A stretch of DNA of 50,130 nt from the NCBI GenBank assembly GCA_964361695.1, contig CAYIBQ010000002.1:1-50130 (forward strand). The letters run 5' to 3'. This document shows, one piece after another, positions 33,296-41,781 of the stretch (position 1 is the first letter of the stretch; each line of letters starts with the position of its first letter). A program made the translations under genes and the position numbers. The stretch is from an uncultured Candidatus Saccharibacteria bacterium (GTDB lineage: Bacteria > Patescibacteriota > Minisyncoccia > Sungbacterales > HO2-52-23). Below the pieces are notes generated by a model. The model ran no database searches, had not been told where the DNA came from, and was given only the letters and a program-made list of their open reading frames with translations.

Positions 33296-33934
33296 CTATC
33301 GCGTGAGCGCGTCAAGGTCTTGGGGAGAAATTGGACCTGCGCGGATCAGTATAAGATTGACACCCGTAAAATCAATTACCGTGGAAGAAGCGCCTGGCAC
33401 AGCACCACCATCCACGACGAGATCCGGCTGTTCTTTTTTGTCTTTGAAATACTCTTCCACTTCCTCGCGGGATGTTGCCGCTGTCATAGTGGAGATATTG
33501 GCTGATGTCTGTGCCAGGGGAAAATCGGCGCGTAGAAGCACGGCAGAAATAAGCGGATGCTGGGAGATTCGCAGTCCAATCATATCTTTGCCACCGGTAA
33601 GAACAGGTGGTAATTTTTCTTTGTGATGCAAAACGACAGTGACGGCTCCCGGCCACACGCGTTCAAGAAATTTTGCTTTTGCGTCCGAGACGTACGCATA
33701 CCACCGCGCCATAGCAATATCTTTTACAAACACGGGGAATGCTTTTTCTTCCGGCCGGTCTTTCAGGGCAAATAATCGCCTGATCGCGTCTTCATTTCGC
33801 GCATCGCATACCAGACCGTATACCGTATCCGTCGGCACGGCAACAATACCGCCCTGACGGATCACGGCAAGGACACGTTCCGCCAGCACCGCCTGTTCAA
33901 AATCCTCCATCCGTACAATCTCCATAGCAGACAT
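33296..33934 (-). CDS. tsaC: L-threonylcarbamoyladenylate synthase (TsaC/YrdC)
   Basis: 212 aa with the VAVPTDTVYGLVCDA motif and a YrdC fold pattern. Confidence 0.88.
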   Translation of the reverse strand: MSAMEIVRMEDFEQAVLAERVLAVIRQGGIVAVPTDTVYGLVCDARNEDAIRRLFALKDRPEEKAFPVFVKDIAMARWYAYVSDAKAKFLERVWPGAVTVVLHHKEKLPPVLTGGKDMIGLRISQHPLISAVLLRADFPLAQTSANISTMTAATSREEVEEYFKDKKEQPDLVVDGGAVPGASSTVIDFTGVNLILIRAGPISPQDLDALTR

Positions 33935-33945
33935 GCGAGGCGGCG

Positions 33946-36900
33946 TCAGACCACAAAATTGATCAGTTTGTCTGGGACAAAAATAACTTTTTTCGGCTCT
34001 GCGGAAAGGTGCCGTGCGACACCAGGAACGCCGCGCGCTCTGCGCACGGCGTCTCCCTCGCTGGTACCCATCGCCAGCACAAGCCGCCCGCGTACTTTGC
34101 CGTTCACCTGTATGATCAGCTCAAACGTTTTCTGCGCAATCATTGCCGGATTGTAGAGCGGCCATGCTTCGTGATGAATGGATTTTGGTTTTCCTTTTAT
34201 AAATCCCTGCCACAATTCTTCCGTGATGTGCGGTGCTAGGGGTGCCAGTAATTTCAAAAATATTTTTATGTCCTCGCGCGCGACCGCGTGCTCATTTTCT
34301 TCAAAGACGTTGAGTAATACCATAAGCGCCGAGATCGCCGTATTATATTGGAGATTTTCTATATCATCCGTCACCTTTTTTATGGCGCGATGAAGAGCTC
34401 TCTGCATATTTTCGTTTTTGATTTTCCGCTGTTGTCTCTTGTGTGCCAACACCCATACCCGTTCCAGAAAGCGCGTGATGCCTTTGATCCCTGCGGCGCG
34501 AAAATCGACTCCCTGCTCCCATGGCGCCAGAAACATGAGGTACATGCGAAGAGCGTCTGCGCCGTAGGCGCGGATATACTCATCGGGATTGATGATATTT
34601 CCTTTTGATTTTGACATCTTGGCGCCGTCTTTGATGATGAGACCGTGCGCGCGGAAAACCGGCATCGGTTCTTCAAAATCCACGAGTCCCGCATCGTGCA
34701 AAGCCATGGCCAAGAATCGCACATACAAAAGATGCAGGACCGAATGCTCTGCCCCTCCCATATAGCGCGTAACCGGAAGCCATTTTTTCGTAATTGCCGG
34801 ACTCCATGCGGCTTTTTTGTCGCCGACACTTGGATAACGCAGGTAATACCATGCAGAATCCAAAAACGTATCCGAGACATCGGTCTCGCGGCGCGCCCAG
34901 TTCTTGCATCCTGGACACCGAACTTTGTAAAACTTCGTAACACCCGCAAGCGGCGACTGATCCTTCCCTGTCGGCCGAAAATTTTTGACAAAAGGAAGTT
35001 TTATCGGCAAAGATTTTTCCGATGCCGTGTACCATCCGGGCATTTCGGCGCGCTCGCCTTTTTTTGCAACAGCACATGCGTCACAGAAAATCATCGGAAT
35101 CGGCGGCGCCCAGTAGCGCTGGCGGCTAATCAGCCAATCACGGAGATGATACGTCGTCACAAGCTTTCCATCTACAAATTTTGTGATCTCCCCTTTTGCC
35201 GTCTGCCAATCCATGCCGTTGAACTTCCCTGAATTCACCACCATGCCGCCTTCCGTGTATGCTTCGGTGCCCTTTAAAATCTCATCAAAAAGCTCCGGAA
35301 AGGCATTCGTCCTCATCTGCTTAAAAAGGAAGTGTCCCTTACCGATGAATTTCACGATCTTCCCTTGGAGCGCCTCGGCGTACAGTATGGCGGACTTTCT
35401 GTGTCGCTCCTCATCGTCATCGGAGATCAAGATAACGATCTCGCCGACATTGTTGCGAATACGCGGATCAATACTAAAATCATATAGATTGCGTATGAAT
35501 TCGCTCGCATCATCCGCCGGAATCTTCGCTCCAGCAAGCAAAATCAATTTCTTCATCTTCCTTTGCGTCTCTCCGAGCCAACGCACCAGAAAAGCGCCCC
35601 CGCAACTATGTCCTACCGCAACGGTATTTTCATCCACCGGTATTTTTTCAAACTCTTTTTTCCACGCCTCATAGTCCGGCTTCCACGGTTCGGGCAACAG
35701 AGGCGTAAACGCCTGAATCTTTTCTTTCTGCATCTGCTCCCTCATCCACGGAATCCAGTGCTTGTCACTCGCTTTTGTCACGTCCGTCGTATCTTCCTGT
35801 CTGCTAGGACATCCGTGTACTAATACGCACTTCATGCCCTTGGGTACGATCACTGTGCGCTCGGCGATGCCATACTTTCTTGCAAACTCAAAATCGCGTT
35901 CATCGTGCGCCGGAACCGCCATGATAGCGCCCGTGCCGACATCTCCCAAGACATAATTGACCACCCACACCGGGATCTTCTCTCCATTGGCAGGATTGAT
36001 CCCCGACACACCCGTGGAGACGCCTTCTTTCTCGCGCTCCCCTTCGTTATCGCTTTTCGGCTTGGCACGGTGCTGAAGCTCTGCCGCGACAAAATCCTTT
36101 ACTTTTTCTGGCGCCTGCCACCCGACATCCAACCATTTTCTTGCCGTTTCGGGAGAGATCGCAAGGAATGTCGCTCCGAAAAGCGTATCCGGCCGCGTGG
36201 TAAAGACCTCAACATCATGTTTTCCGTTCACTTGACCAGAGATGCCTGCAAGAGAAAACTTGATCAACGCGCCTTCGGACTCGCCGATCCACTCTTTTTG
36301 CGCGATTTTCACGCGCTCCGACCAATCAAGCGTTTCAAGATTTTTCAACAAGCGCGGCGCGTACTTCGTGATACGGAAAAACCACTGCTCAAGCTCTTTT
36401 TTCACCACGACCGTACCGCACCGCTCGCATTTACCCGCAATCACCTGCTCATCGGCCAACACGGTCTTGCATGACGGACACCAATTCACCGACTGTTTTT
36501 TACGGTACGCCAAGCCCTGCTTAAACATGTGGACAAATATCCACTGGGTCCACTTATAGTATGCGGGATCGTACGTCTCCAGCCGCTCGCGCCACGCAAA
36601 CCCGTTGCCGATCATGGCAAGCTGGCGATAAAAGTTTTTTTCGGAGACGCGCGCCTGCTTCATCGGGTGCGCGCCGATTTTTAGGGCGTAGTTTTCCGAG
36701 TGAATTCCGAATCCGTCCAAACCCATGGGCTGAAACACGTCGTATCCCTGCATGCGCTTCAGGCGTCCATAAATATCAGATCCCACAAACGCATACATAT
36801 TGCCCACGTGAAGTCCCTCGGCAGACGGATACGGAAACATCATCAAATTATAAAAGGGCTTCTTCGCGCGCAAAAAATCCGGCTCGTACGTTTTATCCAC

Positions 36901-36951
36901 GAGCCATTTCTTCTGCCACATGGCTTCAATTTTTTTGGGATTATATCGCAT
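33946..36951 (-). CDS. leuS: Leucyl-tRNA synthetase with an inserted YdeN/RBBP9-like alpha/beta-hydrolase domain
   Basis: 1001 aa. HIGH-like motif HVGN, editing-domain motifs TTRPDT and AHDERDFEFA, and KMSKSKGN. There is an extra segment of about 190 aa at roughly residues 372-562 (see finding). Confidence 0.95.
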   Translation of the reverse strand: MRYNPKKIEAMWQKKWLVDKTYEPDFLRAKKPFYNLMMFPYPSAEGLHVGNMYAFVGSDIYGRLKRMQGYDVFQPMGLDGFGIHSENYALKIGAHPMKQARVSEKNFYRQLAMIGNGFAWRERLETYDPAYYKWTQWIFVHMFKQGLAYRKKQSVNWCPSCKTVLADEQVIAGKCERCGTVVVKKELEQWFFRITKYAPRLLKNLETLDWSERVKIAQKEWIGESEGALIKFSLAGISGQVNGKHDVEVFTTRPDTLFGATFLAISPETARKWLDVGWQAPEKVKDFVAAELQHRAKPKSDNEGEREKEGVSTGVSGINPANGEKIPVWVVNYVLGDVGTGAIMAVPAHDERDFEFARKYGIAERTVIVPKGMKCVLVHGCPSRQEDTTDVTKASDKHWIPWMREQMQKEKIQAFTPLLPEPWKPDYEAWKKEFEKIPVDENTVAVGHSCGGAFLVRWLGETQRKMKKLILLAGAKIPADDASEFIRNLYDFSIDPRIRNNVGEIVILISDDDEERHRKSAILYAEALQGKIVKFIGKGHFLFKQMRTNAFPELFDEILKGTEAYTEGGMVVNSGKFNGMDWQTAKGEITKFVDGKLVTTYHLRDWLISRQRYWAPPIPMIFCDACAVAKKGERAEMPGWYTASEKSLPIKLPFVKNFRPTGKDQSPLAGVTKFYKVRCPGCKNWARRETDVSDTFLDSAWYYLRYPSVGDKKAAWSPAITKKWLPVTRYMGGAEHSVLHLLYVRFLAMALHDAGLVDFEEPMPVFRAHGLIIKDGAKMSKSKGNIINPDEYIRAYGADALRMYLMFLAPWEQGVDFRAAGIKGITRFLERVWVLAHKRQQRKIKNENMQRALHRAIKKVTDDIENLQYNTAISALMVLLNVFEENEHAVAREDIKIFLKLLAPLAPHITEELWQGFIKGKPKSIHHEAWPLYNPAMIAQKTFELIIQVNGKVRGRLVLAMGTSEGDAVRRARGVPGVARHLSAEPKKVIFVPDKLINFVV

Positions 36952-37792
36952 TGTTGATGCTGAATAATGTTTGTGCGTTCATGGTCGTGCGGACACAAAT
37001 CTCTTCATAGGAAAGGGTTTTTATCTCGCCCAATTTTCTGGCGGTCTCGGTGACATAGGCGGGTTCATTTCTTCTGCCCCGATGGGGAACGGGTGTAATA
37101 TACGGCGCATCTGTTTCCAACACAATACGCTCTATCGGTATGTAGCGTACCACCGTATCATAGTCGCGGGCAAACGTGATCACCCCTCCAAATGAAAACG
37201 AAAATCCCAAGTCCAAAAGCCGCCGCGCGTCTGCTACACTACCAGCAAAGAAATGAATGATCCCCCGTCGTGTCAGCAAATCACTCTGTCGCGCGGTGAG
37301 TACATCAATGAGATCCGCAAACGCATTGCGGCAATGTATCATGAGGGGCTTTTGTACATCGTGTGCGAGCGTGATCTGTTGTTCAAAAGCGGAGTATTGA
37401 ATTTCTTTTGTTTTTTCTTCCAGACGGTAGTAGTCCAGGCCGCACTCCCCGATCGCGACAACTTTGGAATCCTCGGCAAGTTTTTTATAGTGCGCGTAAT
37501 CAAACGCCTCTCCGCGACTGATAAATCCTCCGTCATCAGCGCCCAGTTCGTGCTTGTCGTGATACGACGCAGAGGTATGAATCGGGTGCAGTCCGACCGT
37601 CGCAAACACGCCGCGCTCATACCGACGCGCAGTCGCTATGGCCGCGGCTGATGTGTCACGCTGGGTGCCGACATTCACCATCCATATACCCGTATCTAAA
37701 GCACGCCGAATCACCGCATCCTGATCATCGGCGTAGGCGGCAAACTGCGTATGGGTATGGACGTCAAACAACTGCGAGGTTTTCTCTGTCAT
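36941..37792 (-). CDS. tatD: TatD family metal-dependent hydrolase/DNase
   Basis: N-terminal FDVHTHTQF (HxH), 283 aa, TIM-barrel hydrolase pattern. Its start overlaps the stop of the upstream toxin as ATGA. Confidence 0.88.
   Translation of the reverse strand: MTEKTSQLFDVHTHTQFAAYADDQDAVIRRALDTGIWMVNVGTQRDTSAAAIATARRYERGVFATVGLHPIHTSASYHDKHELGADDGGFISRGEAFDYAHYKKLAEDSKVVAIGECGLDYYRLEEKTKEIQYSAFEQQITLAHDVQKPLMIHCRNAFADLIDVLTARQSDLLTRRGIIHFFAGSVADARRLLDLGFSFSFGGVITFARDYDTVVRYIPIERIVLETDAPYITPVPHRGRRNEPAYVTETARKLGEIKTLSYEEICVRTTMNAQTLFSINNAI
37704..37771. repeat. Direct repeat copy 1 (inside the tatD 5' coding region)
   Basis: 68 bp, matching 38338-38405 at 63 of 68 positions. Confidence 0.9.
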
Positions 37793-38064
37793 AGCCGTTG
37801 ATCCGCTGTCGCGTAAACCCGAGACCGATGCTGAATCACAAAAACATTCACGCTCTTTCTCTCAATCCTAAAAATCACGCGGTAATCTCCCACGCGAAGT
37901 TTCCGATACCCCTTGAGCGAACGGCGCAAGGGCTTGCCGTATATTTCAGGACGCATGGTCAGACGATCTTCTATCGCCCGTTTTATCTTGTCCCGCCATT
38001 CATGAGGCAAAGCAGGGATGTCTACGCTCACCACAAGTGCGTGGTACTGCACATCGTAGGTCAT
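37789..38064 (-). CDS. RelE/ParE-family toxin
   Basis: LKGYRKLRVGDYRVIFRIERKSVNVFVIQHRSRVY. Start set at MTYDV (38064), which overlaps the antitoxin stop as ATGA. Confidence 0.75.
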   Translation of the reverse strand: MTYDVQYHALVVSVDIPALPHEWRDKIKRAIEDRLTMRPEIYGKPLRRSLKGYRKLRVGDYRVIFRIERKSVNVFVIQHRSRVYATADQRL

Positions 38065-38282
38065 GCCCACGCTTTTTTGTGAGGCACGAAACGGGCACCC
38101 TTTTGGTCGCGCTTGCGGGCAATAGCATCCCATACCTCGTCCTCTTCCGTCTCAAGCGCCCGCGCCAGAAGATCAGCCGCTTTCGTGGCCTCCGGCACCT
38201 CATCGCGCTTGGCGAGACGGACCAGTGCGCGTCTGATGTCGTGGGGGATGCTGATATTGATGCGTGTTTTTGTCGCCAGCAT
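38061..38282 (-). CDS. Ribbon-helix-helix (CopG-like) antitoxin
   Basis: 73 aa with N-terminal TRINISIPHDIRRALVRLAKRD, an RHH pattern. Lies upstream of the toxin. Confidence 0.65.
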   Translation of the reverse strand: MLATKTRINISIPHDIRRALVRLAKRDEVPEATKAADLLARALETEEDEVWDAIARKRDQKGARFVPHKKAWA

Positions 38283-38305
38283 AGAGTAATTGTTAGTGTA
38301 TCAAA

Positions 38306-38333
38306 AGTGTATCACCTCATATTTTTATGTCAA
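38306..38333 (-). promoter_or_regulatory. Candidate promoter/operator of the TA cassette
   Basis: On the minus strand: TTGACA, 16-nt spacer, TACACT. The -10 box lies within a GATACAC-N4-GATACAC direct repeat. The -35 box is formed by the last codons of the tatD remnant. Confidence 0.4.
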
Positions 38334-38420
38334 GCGCCGCCGGATCACCGCATCCTGATCATTGGCGTAGGCGGCAAACTGCGTACGGGTATGGGCGTCA
38401 AATAAACGAGGCGCTTCCAT
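38325..38420 (-). pseudogene. Displaced 5' fragment of tatD (31 codons)
   Basis: Encodes MEAPRLFDAHTRTQFAAYANDQDAVIRRRLT*, compared with intact TatD ..LFDVHTHTQFAAYADDQDAVIRRALD... The HxH motif has decayed to HTR. Begins 5 nt after the upstream gene's stop. Confidence 0.65.
38338..38405. repeat. Direct repeat copy 2 (tatD remnant)
   Basis: 68 bp, matching 37704-37771 at 63 of 68 positions. Confidence 0.9.
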
Positions 38421-38424
38421 ACTT

Positions 38425-38745
38425 TTATTTTATAGGAACGCCTACTACGACTTCGCTATCTGGCTGGATCAGAACCGGTCCATCGGGGCTATCTGCGGCG
38501 AGGAGCATGCCCTGCGATTCGAGACCACAGAGCCACCGCGGCTCCAGATTGGCTACGATTACTATTTGACGGCCGATGAGCGCATCCGGCTCATACTTTT
38601 TTCCGATGCCCGCAATGATCTGGCGCTCTTCCCCGCCGAGAGAGACGCGCAATTTCAAAAGTTTTTCGGACCCCTCTACGCGCTCCGCGGACAGCACGCT
38701 CGCCACCCGCAATTCCGCTTTTTTGAAGTCGTCAAAAGAGATCAT
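38425..38745 (-). CDS. Stand-alone tRNA-binding domain protein (CsaA/Trbp111-like, equivalent to the MetRS C-terminal domain)
   Basis: 106 aa with FKKAELRVASVLSAERVEGSEKLLKLRVSLG..IVIVANLEPR, an OB-fold tRNA-binding pattern. Overlaps the metG stop by 4 nt. Confidence 0.8.
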   Translation of the reverse strand: MISFDDFKKAELRVASVLSAERVEGSEKLLKLRVSLGGEERQIIAGIGKKYEPDALIGRQIVIVANLEPRWLCGLESQGMLLAADSPDGPVLIQPDSEVVVGVPIK

Positions 38746-40232
38746 GATTTTTTATCAAGCCGTGGGAAAAGATTTACGCCTCTTTTTATCGTCGCCTCCC
38801 GCTCACCGACAGATGTCAGTCCATGTATTTTTGCAGCCGTGTCGGGAAGAAATGGCTCAAGAAGAAAAGCGACCTCCTGAACGCCGTATACCGCTGTTTT
38901 CATAAATGCCTTCAGCTGAGCAGTATCGTAGATCCAGGGCTTTTGATCGTTGATCCACTTGTCCATTCGACCGATCAATTCCCATACGCTCCCCAATGCC
39001 TCATTAAGGCGAAAGTCGTCAATACTCTTTTGGTACTTCAATCGTATGCCGGTAATGTCCGAGATCAGCAGAAACTGCTCATCATACTCCGGCTTCAAGA
39101 ATGCTTCTGCTTTTTCTCCTAAGGCGGCAACGCGCGCGACGAGATTGCCGATACCATTAGCGAGATCACCATTGTAGCGCTGTTCAAATTTTTCACACGA
39201 AAAGTCGCCGTCCTCGCCCGAGGGGATTTCCCGCAGAAGATAATAGCGCACAGCATCCACCCCGTATTTTTCAATCAGCGTGAACGGATCAGTAACATTG
39301 CCCACGGTCTTGGACATTTTTTGGCCGTCCGCAGTGATATAGCCGTGCACGATGACGGACTTGGGCAAAGGCAAGCCCGCGGACAGCAAAAACGCAGGCC
39401 AATAGACGGCGTGAAAGCGCAGGATACCCTTGCCGATGAGATGCGCGTCAGCCGGCCACCATTGCGTGTATTTTTTTTCGTCCCATCCGAAGCCCACACC
39501 GGACTGATAAATATTAAGCGCATCAAACCAGACGTACATGCGCTGGGTGTCATCATCGGGCACGGGCACACCCCAGTTGCGCGCGCGCTCATTGGAGCGG
39601 GAAATGCTGATGTCTTCAAGATCGGAGCGCAAAAATCCGAGGACTTCGTTCTTGCGCGTCGCCGGAATGATGCGCAGTTCATCTGATGCGATAAGTTCTA
39701 CGAGCCGATCGCGATACCGCGAGAGACGGAAAAAATAATTCTCCTCCGCCACCATCTCCAGTTTCCTCCCCGGATGTTCGTAACATTCGCCCTCTGGAGT
39801 CAATTCTTCCCGTTTATAAAACGCCTCGCATCCGAGACAATACAGTCCTTCGTATGATTTTTTGTAAATGTCACCCGCGGCGGCGCACCGGCGCCACAAT
39901 TCCTGACTCGCCGGATAGTGATGCGCGGTGTCGCTCCCGCGCTGGAATACGTCAAAATGCACATTGAGACGTTCAGCAAGCTCGCCAAAAAGACGCGCGT
40001 TTGTTTCAATAAAGTCGCGTACGGGTATGCCCGCTTTTTCCGCGGCCTGCACGTTTTTGAGCGCGTTCTCGTCTGCTCCGGAAAGCAGGAGTGTGTCTTC
40101 TCCCCTGCCACGGTGGTAGCGCATCAGCACATCGGCCTGCACAAATTCCAGGGCGTGCCCCAGATGCGGCCGGTCATTCACATAGGGAATGGCGGTGGTC
40201 AGGTAAAATTTTTTGCGGTTTCCCGTCTCCAT
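38742..40232 (-). CDS. metG: Methionyl-tRNA synthetase (core, without the fused C-terminal tRNA-binding domain)
   Basis: 496 aa with HIGH motif PHLGH, KMSKT, and TTAIPYVNDRPH. Confidence 0.95.
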   Translation of the reverse strand: METGNRKKFYLTTAIPYVNDRPHLGHALEFVQADVLMRYHRGRGEDTLLLSGADENALKNVQAAEKAGIPVRDFIETNARLFGELAERLNVHFDVFQRGSDTAHHYPASQELWRRCAAAGDIYKKSYEGLYCLGCEAFYKREELTPEGECYEHPGRKLEMVAEENYFFRLSRYRDRLVELIASDELRIIPATRKNEVLGFLRSDLEDISISRSNERARNWGVPVPDDDTQRMYVWFDALNIYQSGVGFGWDEKKYTQWWPADAHLIGKGILRFHAVYWPAFLLSAGLPLPKSVIVHGYITADGQKMSKTVGNVTDPFTLIEKYGVDAVRYYLLREIPSGEDGDFSCEKFEQRYNGDLANGIGNLVARVAALGEKAEAFLKPEYDEQFLLISDITGIRLKYQKSIDDFRLNEALGSVWELIGRMDKWINDQKPWIYDTAQLKAFMKTAVYGVQEVAFLLEPFLPDTAAKIHGLTSVGEREATIKRGVNLFPRLDKKS

Positions 40233-40249
40233 AGATATACTGAACGGAT

Positions 40250-40747
40250 ATGATTCTGGCGACTCACATCGTCATTGCCGCCGCGGCAGTAAAACCTTTT
40301 GCAGGCGCGCATCCGGCAGTCGCTTTTCTCATCGGTATCGCGACGCACTACGCATCCGACGCCATTCCCCACTGGCACTATCCAACCCGTACCCTCCCTA
40401 AGGAAAAGGAACAAAAAATGGGTTGGATATGGCAGGGAGACATGCGGACTCGCATGGGCGACGTAGGACGCATTGCTCTGGATACCGTGGTGGGATGTGT
40501 CGCCGTTTTGCTTATATCCCCGCCCGCGACACCAGCGGAATGGTGGTGGTTTGCGGCACTGGCTATTGGCAGTATCCTGCCAGACATATTGCAGGGCGTC
40601 TACTTTGCAGGTGCCCGTTTTCTCGCGCCACTCCAAAGATTTCATGACATGATACATGCCGATATCCGCCTTGACGCGTATCCCCTCATTGGCATTCCGT
40701 TCCAGGCACTCATACTCGCCGCCACAGCCGCAGTCCTGATGTGTTGA
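40250..40747 (+). CDS. Putative membrane-bound metal-dependent hydrolase (YdjM/DUF457-like)
   Basis: 165 aa, hydrophobic, with His-rich motifs THYASDAIPHWHY and HDMIHAD. The assignment is tentative. Confidence 0.45.
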   Translation: MILATHIVIAAAAVKPFAGAHPAVAFLIGIATHYASDAIPHWHYPTRTLPKEKEQKMGWIWQGDMRTRMGDVGRIALDTVVGCVAVLLISPPATPAEWWWFAALAIGSILPDILQGVYFAGARFLAPLQRFHDMIHADIRLDAYPLIGIPFQALILAATAAVLMC

Positions 40748-40779
40748 AAATCGCTCCGATCGGTGCAAAATAAGCTTTT

Positions 40780-41778
40780 TCAATTCTCTGCGGCGGCCGC
40801 TTTTCCGACATGCGAGAGATGGCCGAATATCTCACGAAATGATTCTCTCACATTCGTCTTGGTGTATGGCAGATTTTTCTCCCGGCACAATGCCTCGACC
40901 ATAGGTGCCACCTGCCTCAAATGCCACCGCGGCATTGAAGGAAACAGGTGATGCTCGATTTGATAATTCAGTCCGCCATATACTATATCAACCAAGTACC
41001 CGCCACGCACATTGCGGGCCGTCAGGACTTGCTGCTCAAGATATCCCGGAACAGTGCCATGTTCGATAATAGGCATGCCTTTGTGGTTCGGGGCGAAGAT
41101 CAACCCAAGATACACGCCAAGCAGACCCCAATGTATTACGACAAACGACAGAGCTTGCCATATGGACAAGAAGTAGAAAATCACTCCCAGATAGAGCGCA
41201 AGGTGCAATGTGATAAGCGCGATACCCAGCGCAAACTTCAGGATCCGCTGATGCGACAGGTACGCAATACTGGCGCATCGTAGATGCCATGATTCGCCGA
41301 AAAGCATAGGGATAAAAAGAAAGTTCTGATATCTTGCCATGACGCGATACCATCCGGTCCTTGCGCGCGCCTGATCTTCCGAGAAAGCGATGAATTTGAT
41401 TCCGATATCCGGATCATATCCAGGCTGATTCGGAAATGCATGATGCCGGTTATGCTTATATACCCACCAGTCTAAATTCCATCCCAGCATCACGCCGAAC
41501 CAATTGCTCATCAGGGCGTGCCAACGACTGCCCGTTACCTGTCCGTGCCCCACATCGTGGGAAAAAAGAGTGAGTTGCCCGAATGCGAATGCGAGGAGGA
41601 CGGCATTCAACATGTGTATCCAGGAATTTTTTACAGTGACCAAGATAACGACGCTTGCCACAACCAGCGCCAATGCCATCCCGACTGTATAAACGTAAAA
41701 AGCCGGGGTCGGGTCAAGAAGCCCTTGCGCACGGACTCGTCGTTCCAAGTCAATAAATGCTTTGTTTACGCTGTCCAT
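40780..41778 (-). CDS. Membrane fatty acid desaturase family protein
   Basis: Three histidine boxes: HDVGHG, HNRHH, HHLFP. Confidence 0.85.
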   Translation of the reverse strand: MDSVNKAFIDLERRVRAQGLLDPTPAFYVYTVGMALALVVASVVILVTVKNSWIHMLNAVLLAFAFGQLTLFSHDVGHGQVTGSRWHALMSNWFGVMLGWNLDWWVYKHNRHHAFPNQPGYDPDIGIKFIAFSEDQARARTGWYRVMARYQNFLFIPMLFGESWHLRCASIAYLSHQRILKFALGIALITLHLALYLGVIFYFLSIWQALSFVVIHWGLLGVYLGLIFAPNHKGMPIIEHGTVPGYLEQQVLTARNVRGGYLVDIVYGGLNYQIEHHLFPSMPRWHLRQVAPMVEALCREKNLPYTKTNVRESFREIFGHLSHVGKAAAAEN

Positions 41779-41781
41779 ATT

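Noticed and set aside
35266-35838. Intein as the explanation for the LeuRS insertion.
   Set aside because: There are no intein block A/B/F/G signatures (no terminal His-Asn followed by Cys/Ser/Thr). The insert instead follows the YdeN/RBBP9 alpha/beta-hydrolase motif order.
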